Shown here: one piece after another, positions 60,016 through 64,000 of the stretch | Layout of the letters: every line of letters begins with the position of its first letter | Numbering within the stretch: the stretch's first letter is position 1 | Source of the DNA: Eubacteriales bacterium | GTDB lineage: Bacteria > Bacillota > Clostridia > Oscillospirales > JAAYXM01 | Reading direction: 5' to 3' | DNA: 64,000 nucleotides | NCBI GenBank assembly: GCA_045539475.1 | Contig: JAZQFJ010000093.1 | Coordinates: 3,540 to 67,539, forward strand | Made by a program: the position numbers and the translations under genes | Notes under the pieces: generated by a model | Databases searched by the model: none | The model's input: only the letters and a program-made list of their open reading frames with translations | Told to the model about the DNA's origin: nothing

Positions 60016-62601
60016 TTAGTTAACAGAAGCGTGAAGTGCGCCATCCTTCAAATCAACGATAATCACGCTTTTCTCTGCCGGTGCTTCGGCAATTATCAGC
60101 CGTCCGACGAGCGTTTCAACCTTGCTCTGGATAAAGCGGCGGAGCGGACGTGCGCCGTATATCGGCTCAAAACCGTTTTCGATAATATAATCGCAGGCGG
60201 CATCCGTAACCTCAAGAGTGAGCTTTTGCGCATCAAGCCGCTTTTGCAAATCAGCAAACATAAGTTTAAGAATATTTGTGATGTCTGAGCGCGTAAGCGG
60301 GCGGTAGAATACAATTTCATCAAGACGGTTCAAAAACTCGGGACGGAACTGCATTTTCAGAAGGGAAGAAACGCGCTCTCGCGCATCCGCGGCAATATCT
60401 CCGTCAGCTGTAATTCCGTCAAGAATTATATCAGAGCCGAGGTTAGAGGTGAGGATGATAATTGTGTTTTTAAAATCAACCGTGCGCCCTTGCGAATCGG
60501 TGATGCGCCCGTCGTCAAGCACCTGAAGCAGAATGTTAAACACATCCGGATGTGCCTTTTCAATTTCATCAAAAAGTACTACGGAGTATGGCTTTTTGCG
60601 CACAGCTTCTGTAAGCTGGCCGCCTTCTTCGTAACCGATATATCCGGGAGGCGCACCGACAAGGCGGGAGACAGAGTGCTTCTCCATATATTCGGACATA
60701 TCTATGCGGATAAGGTTCTTTTCATCGTCAAAGAGAGCTTCGGAAAGCGCTTTTGCAAGCTCGGTTTTGCCGACACCGGTAGGACCGAGGAAAAGGAAAG
60801 AGCCGATTGGCTTTTTCGGATCGGCAATACCTGCGCGTGAGCGCAGAATAGCTTCGCTTACCACCGTTACCGCCTCATCCTGACCTACAACGCGCTTGTG
60901 GAGAATATCGGAAAGAGCGAGGAGTTTTTCGCGCTCGCTCTCCAAAAGCTTTGACACGGGTATTCCTGTCCAGCGACCGATAATTTTTGCTATCTCTTCG
61001 TCCGTGACCTTGTCGCGGAGGAGATTTCTCTGCCCTTCGGCAGCTTCGGCAGCCTTTTCTGCCTGTTCAATCTCGGCGCGGAGCTGTGGCAAGCGGCCGT
61101 ATTTAAGCTCTGCCGCGCGGTTGAGGTCATATTTTTCCTCTGCACGCTCAATTTCGGTGTTAAGGTTTTCGAGCTCTGCACGGAGGGTTTTAAGCTTTTC
61201 GATAGAGCCTTTTTCGTTTTCCCACTTTGCGCGCATTTCGGCAAAGTCGCTTCGCATTTCGGAAAGCTCGCGCTGTATTTCTTCAAGATGCTCGAGAGAT
61301 GCCTCGTCCTTTTCGCGGAGAAGGGCAGCCTCTTCTATTTCATGCTGCATAATGCGGCGGGAGATATCGTCAAGCTCGGCAGGCATTGAATCAATTTCCG
61401 TGCGTATCATCGCGCACGCCTCGTCAACAAGGTCAATTGCCTTGTCGGGCAGGAAGCGGTCTGATATATAGCGTGAGGATAGAACTGCGGCGGAAATAAG
61501 CGCCTGATCCTGAATTTTAACGCCGTGGAAAATCTCATATCTCTCGCGGATTCCGCGAAGGATAGATATGGTATCCTCAACGGTCGGTTCATCTACAAGC
61601 ACCGGCTGGAAACGGCGTTCGAGCGCGGCATCCTTTTCGATGTAAAGGCGGTATTCGTTGAGCGTTGTTGCACCGATGCAGTGAAGCTCACCTCTTGCAA
61701 GAAGCGGCTTTAAAAGGTTTCCTGCATCCATTGCACCGTCGGTTTTGCCGGCGCCGACGATGGTGTGAAGTTCGTCTATAAAGAGGATAATCTTGCCGTC
61801 GCTTGACTTTATTTCGTTAAGAACGGCTTTCAATCTTTCCTCAAATTCGCCGCGGAATTTTGCACCTGCGATAAGCGCGCCCATATCGAGCGAGAATATC
61901 GTGCGGTCGCGAAGGGAATCGGGAACATCTCCGCGCACAATGCGCGAGGCAAGGCCTTCGGCAATAGCTGTTTTGCCGACGCCCGGCTCGCCGATAAGAA
62001 CGGGGTTGTTTTTTGTTTTGCGCGAGAGAATGCGTATAACATTTCTTATTTCCGTATCGCGCCCGATTACGGGGTCAAGCTTTTTGTCGCGTGCAAGCGC
62101 GGTTAAGTCCGTGCCGTATTTTTTCAGCGCATCATATGTGCTTTCGGGGTCATCGGATGTTACGCGCGCATTGCCGCGTACTTCGGCAAGCGCCTCTAAA
62201 AACTTATCCGTTGTGATGTTGTTTGAGCTGAAAAGTGATTTAAGGGAAGATGACGGTTTATCCAGAAGCCCGAGCATAAGATGCTCAACGGAAATATATT
62301 CATCCCGAAGGCTCTCGGCACGTTTTTCTGCGGCATTAAGCGCGGCTTCTGCATCGCGCGAGACATATACATCCGAGCCGCCCGATACCTTTGCAAGCTT
62401 TTCTATAAGCAGGCGCACATCATCACGAAGTCCCGTTGCACCGAGCCTTTTTAAAAGCTCGGGAATGAGCCCGCCGTCCTGTGAAACAAGTGCGAAAAGC
62501 AGATGCTCCTGCTCTATCTGGGGGTTGCCGTATTCAAGGGCACAGCTTCGTGCGTCTTGTATTGCGTCAATTGACTTCTTGGTAAGTTTTTGCATATTCA
62601 T
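60016..62601 (-). CDS. clpB: ATP-dependent chaperone ClpB
   Basis: Clp_N, two AAA+ modules (GEPGVGKTA; GPTGVGKTE), long coiled-coil M domain. 861 aa. Confidence 0.95.
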   Translation of the reverse strand: MNMQKLTKKSIDAIQDARSCALEYGNPQIEQEHLLFALVSQDGGLIPELLKRLGATGLRDDVRLLIEKLAKVSGGSDVYVSRDAEAALNAAEKRAESLRDEYISVEHLMLGLLDKPSSSLKSLFSSNNITTDKFLEALAEVRGNARVTSDDPESTYDALKKYGTDLTALARDKKLDPVIGRDTEIRNVIRILSRKTKNNPVLIGEPGVGKTAIAEGLASRIVRGDVPDSLRDRTIFSLDMGALIAGAKFRGEFEERLKAVLNEIKSSDGKIILFIDELHTIVGAGKTDGAMDAGNLLKPLLARGELHCIGATTLNEYRLYIEKDAALERRFQPVLVDEPTVEDTISILRGIRERYEIFHGVKIQDQALISAAVLSSRYISDRFLPDKAIDLVDEACAMIRTEIDSMPAELDDISRRIMQHEIEEAALLREKDEASLEHLEEIQRELSEMRSDFAEMRAKWENEKGSIEKLKTLRAELENLNTEIERAEEKYDLNRAAELKYGRLPQLRAEIEQAEKAAEAAEGQRNLLRDKVTDEEIAKIIGRWTGIPVSKLLESEREKLLALSDILHKRVVGQDEAVTVVSEAILRSRAGIADPKKPIGSFLFLGPTGVGKTELAKALSEALFDDEKNLIRIDMSEYMEKHSVSRLVGAPPGYIGYEEGGQLTEAVRKKPYSVVLFDEIEKAHPDVFNILLQVLDDGRITDSQGRTVDFKNTIIILTSNLGSDIILDGITADGDIAADARERVSSLLKMQFRPEFLNRLDEIVFYRPLTRSDITNILKLMFADLQKRLDAQKLTLEVTDAACDYIIENGFEPIYGARPLRRFIQSKVETLVGRLIIAEAPAEKSVIIVDLKDGALHASVN

Positions 62602-62746
62602 ATTAAGTACCTCCTTTGCCGGTGTGGTGAAAACAGATGTAAAAACTTCCTCTGTCTGTATTTTTAGTATACCACTTAAAAACGATTTATCAAGCGATTT
62701 TTGTAAAAATATTTGTTTGTTTTCGTAAAAAAATTATGAATAAAAA

Positions 62747-62788
62747 GAGAAAAAGAGCGGTTCGCGCATAAGAACCGCTCTTTTTCTC
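62747..62788. terminator. Bidirectional terminator downstream of tadA
   Basis: GAGAAAAAGAGCGGTTC-N8-GAACCGCTCTTTTTCTC. Confidence 0.7.
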
Positions 62789-62927
62789 TATGTTTTGCAA
62801 TAGGAGTGGGGAGGAGTAACAGAGAAAAGATTATTATCAAATTTATGTAAACGGTCTCTCGACCGATTACGTATATTATTATAAGCTGATTTTGTTAACA
62901 AATAAATCCTTTTCTGTTACGGAGATG

Positions 62928-63425
62928 TTAAACTTCATTTAATTTCGCCTTTTTTCGCAGTTTATTGCGCTCGCGGAGCGAAAGAAAGAAGCGGGAAAGA
63001 AGCGATGCACACTCCTCTTCAAGCACGCCGCCGCAAAGAGTCGGTTTGTGGTTATACGGCAAATCAAACAGATTTACCACCGAGCCGCAGGAACCGGCTT
63101 TGGGGTCATATGCGCCGAAGATGACGCGCTCTACTCTTGAATTGATGCACGCGCCGGCACACATAGGGCAAGGCTCAAGCGTGACATAAAGCTCACAGCC
63201 GACAAGGCGGAAGCTCTCGACATAGCGGCACGCTTCGTTGATTGCTATTATTTCGGCGTGGGTAAGCGGATTTCCGCTGCTCTCGCGAAGGTTATATCCG
63301 CGTCCGATAATCTCGCCGTCAAGAACTATTACGCATCCGACGGGCGCCTCTCCGAGCTCTGCTGCCTTTTCTGCAAGAGCTATCGCTTCACGCATATAAA
63401 ACTCATCGTTTCTTACATTTTCCAC
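62928..63425 (-). CDS. tadA: tRNA adenosine(34) deaminase
   Basis: HAEIIAI and PCPMCAGA zinc motifs. 165 aa. Confidence 0.95.
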   Translation of the reverse strand: MENVRNDEFYMREAIALAEKAAELGEAPVGCVIVLDGEIIGRGYNLRESSGNPLTHAEIIAINEACRYVESFRLVGCELYVTLEPCPMCAGACINSRVERVIFGAYDPKAGSCGSVVNLFDLPYNHKPTLCGGVLEEECASLLSRFFLSLRERNKLRKKAKLNEV

Positions 63426-63429
63426 GGCA

Positions 63430-64000
63430 TCAGTTCCTCTGGCTGTGGATGGGTGCGGGAATGCGTCCTCCGCGTGAGATAAATTTCTTCGGCGAACAGG
63501 TGCTTATCGGCATAACAGGTGCCTCCCCGAGAAGCCCGCCGTAATTAACAAAATCGCCGACACCCTTGCCGTAGGCGGGGATAACGCGGACAGCGGTTGT
63601 TTTGTTATTTACAACACCGATTGAGATTTCGTCTGCGATAATTGCGGAGATAACCTCCGGCGGAGTATCGCCCGGTATTGCTATCATATCAAGACCGACT
63701 GAGCAAACAGCGGTCATTGCCTCTAACTTATCAAAAGAAAGATATCCCTTAGAAGCGGCTTCTATCATTCCCGCATCCTCGGATACCGGAATGAACGCAC
63801 CGGAAAGACCGCCGACGTGAGGAGACGCCATAACGCCGCCTTTTTTTACTGCATCATTGAGAAGGGCAAGCGCTGCAGTTGTGCCGTGGCTTCCAACGGA
63901 AGAAAGCCCCATTTCCTCTAAGATATGAGCGACGGAGTCGCCGATTGCAGGGGTAGGTGCAAGAGAAAGGTCAACAATACCGAAGGGAATACCAAGGCGC
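63430..64000 (-). CDS. UPF0210 / DUF711 (PFL4-like) protein, partial (N-terminus beyond window end)
   Basis: The frame is open to the window edge. C-terminal part [16 protein letters not shown]...[15 protein letters not shown] is typical of UPF0210. Confidence 0.8.
   Translation of the reverse strand, partial: RLGIPFGIVDLSLAPTPAIGDSVAHILEEMGLSSVGSHGTTAALALLNDAVKKGGVMASPHVGGLSGAFIPVSEDAGMIEAASKGYLSFDKLEAMTAVCSVGLDMIAIPGDTPPEVISAIIADEISIGVVNNKTTAVRVIPAYGKGVGDFVNYGGLLGEAPVMPISTCSPKKFISRGGRIPAPIHSQRN

Noticed and set aside
59826-60023. 65-aa plus-strand ORF downstream of the SLOG-like gene
   Set aside because: It consists of the GC-rich hairpin cluster, has an Arg/Pro-rich translation, no RBS, and overlaps the clpB stop.
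61793-62728. 311-aa plus-strand ORF antisense to clpB (and similar ones at 60896-61471, 21374-22111 and 20483-20995 antisense to clpB/mutS2)
   Set aside because: These are Ser/Arg/Ala-rich shadow ORFs lying entirely inside well-supported genes on the other strand, which is typical of antisense frames of coiled-coil-rich coding regions.
62602-62927. Heat-shock operator (CIRCE or CtsR box) upstream of clpB
   Set aside because: I looked for TTAGCACTC-N9-GAGTGCTAA and for tandem GGTCAAA repeats in the clpB upstream region and found neither.

Overview
This 64 kb window looks like chromosome from a Clostridia-type Firmicute, judging by the sporulation gene ylbJ, an SLH-domain wall protein, Gram-positive lipoboxes and AGGAGG ribosome-binding sites. 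Most genes are on the minus strand. The housekeeping backbone is rluB-like, rsmE, coaD, rsmD, uvrC, an HPr-like gene, mutS2, recO, era, rlmB, ylbJ, degV, tRNA-Thr/tRNA-Tyr, clpB and tadA. Four ABC importers are present: a polar amino acid system, mglBAC-like, and potABCD with an XRE-cupin regulator. There is also a capsule/EPS regulatory module (CapD-like, Wzz, BY-kinase, PHP phosphatase) followed by an SLH protein. The candidates most worth follow-up are: (1) an unannotated type I toxin-antitoxin-like locus at 58.43-58.77 kb, with a 28-aa hydrophobic peptide, a structured leader and a convergent consensus antisense promoter, sitting in a small XRE/XRE/SLOG islet; (2) an AraC-linked cluster of about 11 genes of unknown substrate at 1.5-12.2 kb, with two UPF0309 SIS paralogs, a PfkB kinase, Gfo/Idh/MocA, an M20 deacylase, an acyltransferase, an esterase and two TIM-barrel-like proteins; (3) a decayed integration-site-like region next to tRNA-Tyr, with a 19-nt duplicate of the tRNA 3-prime end, a symmetric heptamer/mini-palindrome array, and a promoter plus structured leader ahead of a small DUF6809-like gene. 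Single-gene oddities include an HPr homolog with His15 replaced by Arg, a degenerate P-type-ATPase-like membrane protein, and a nitrilase-GDPD fusion. All functional calls come from reading the translations and motifs by eye. No database search was run.
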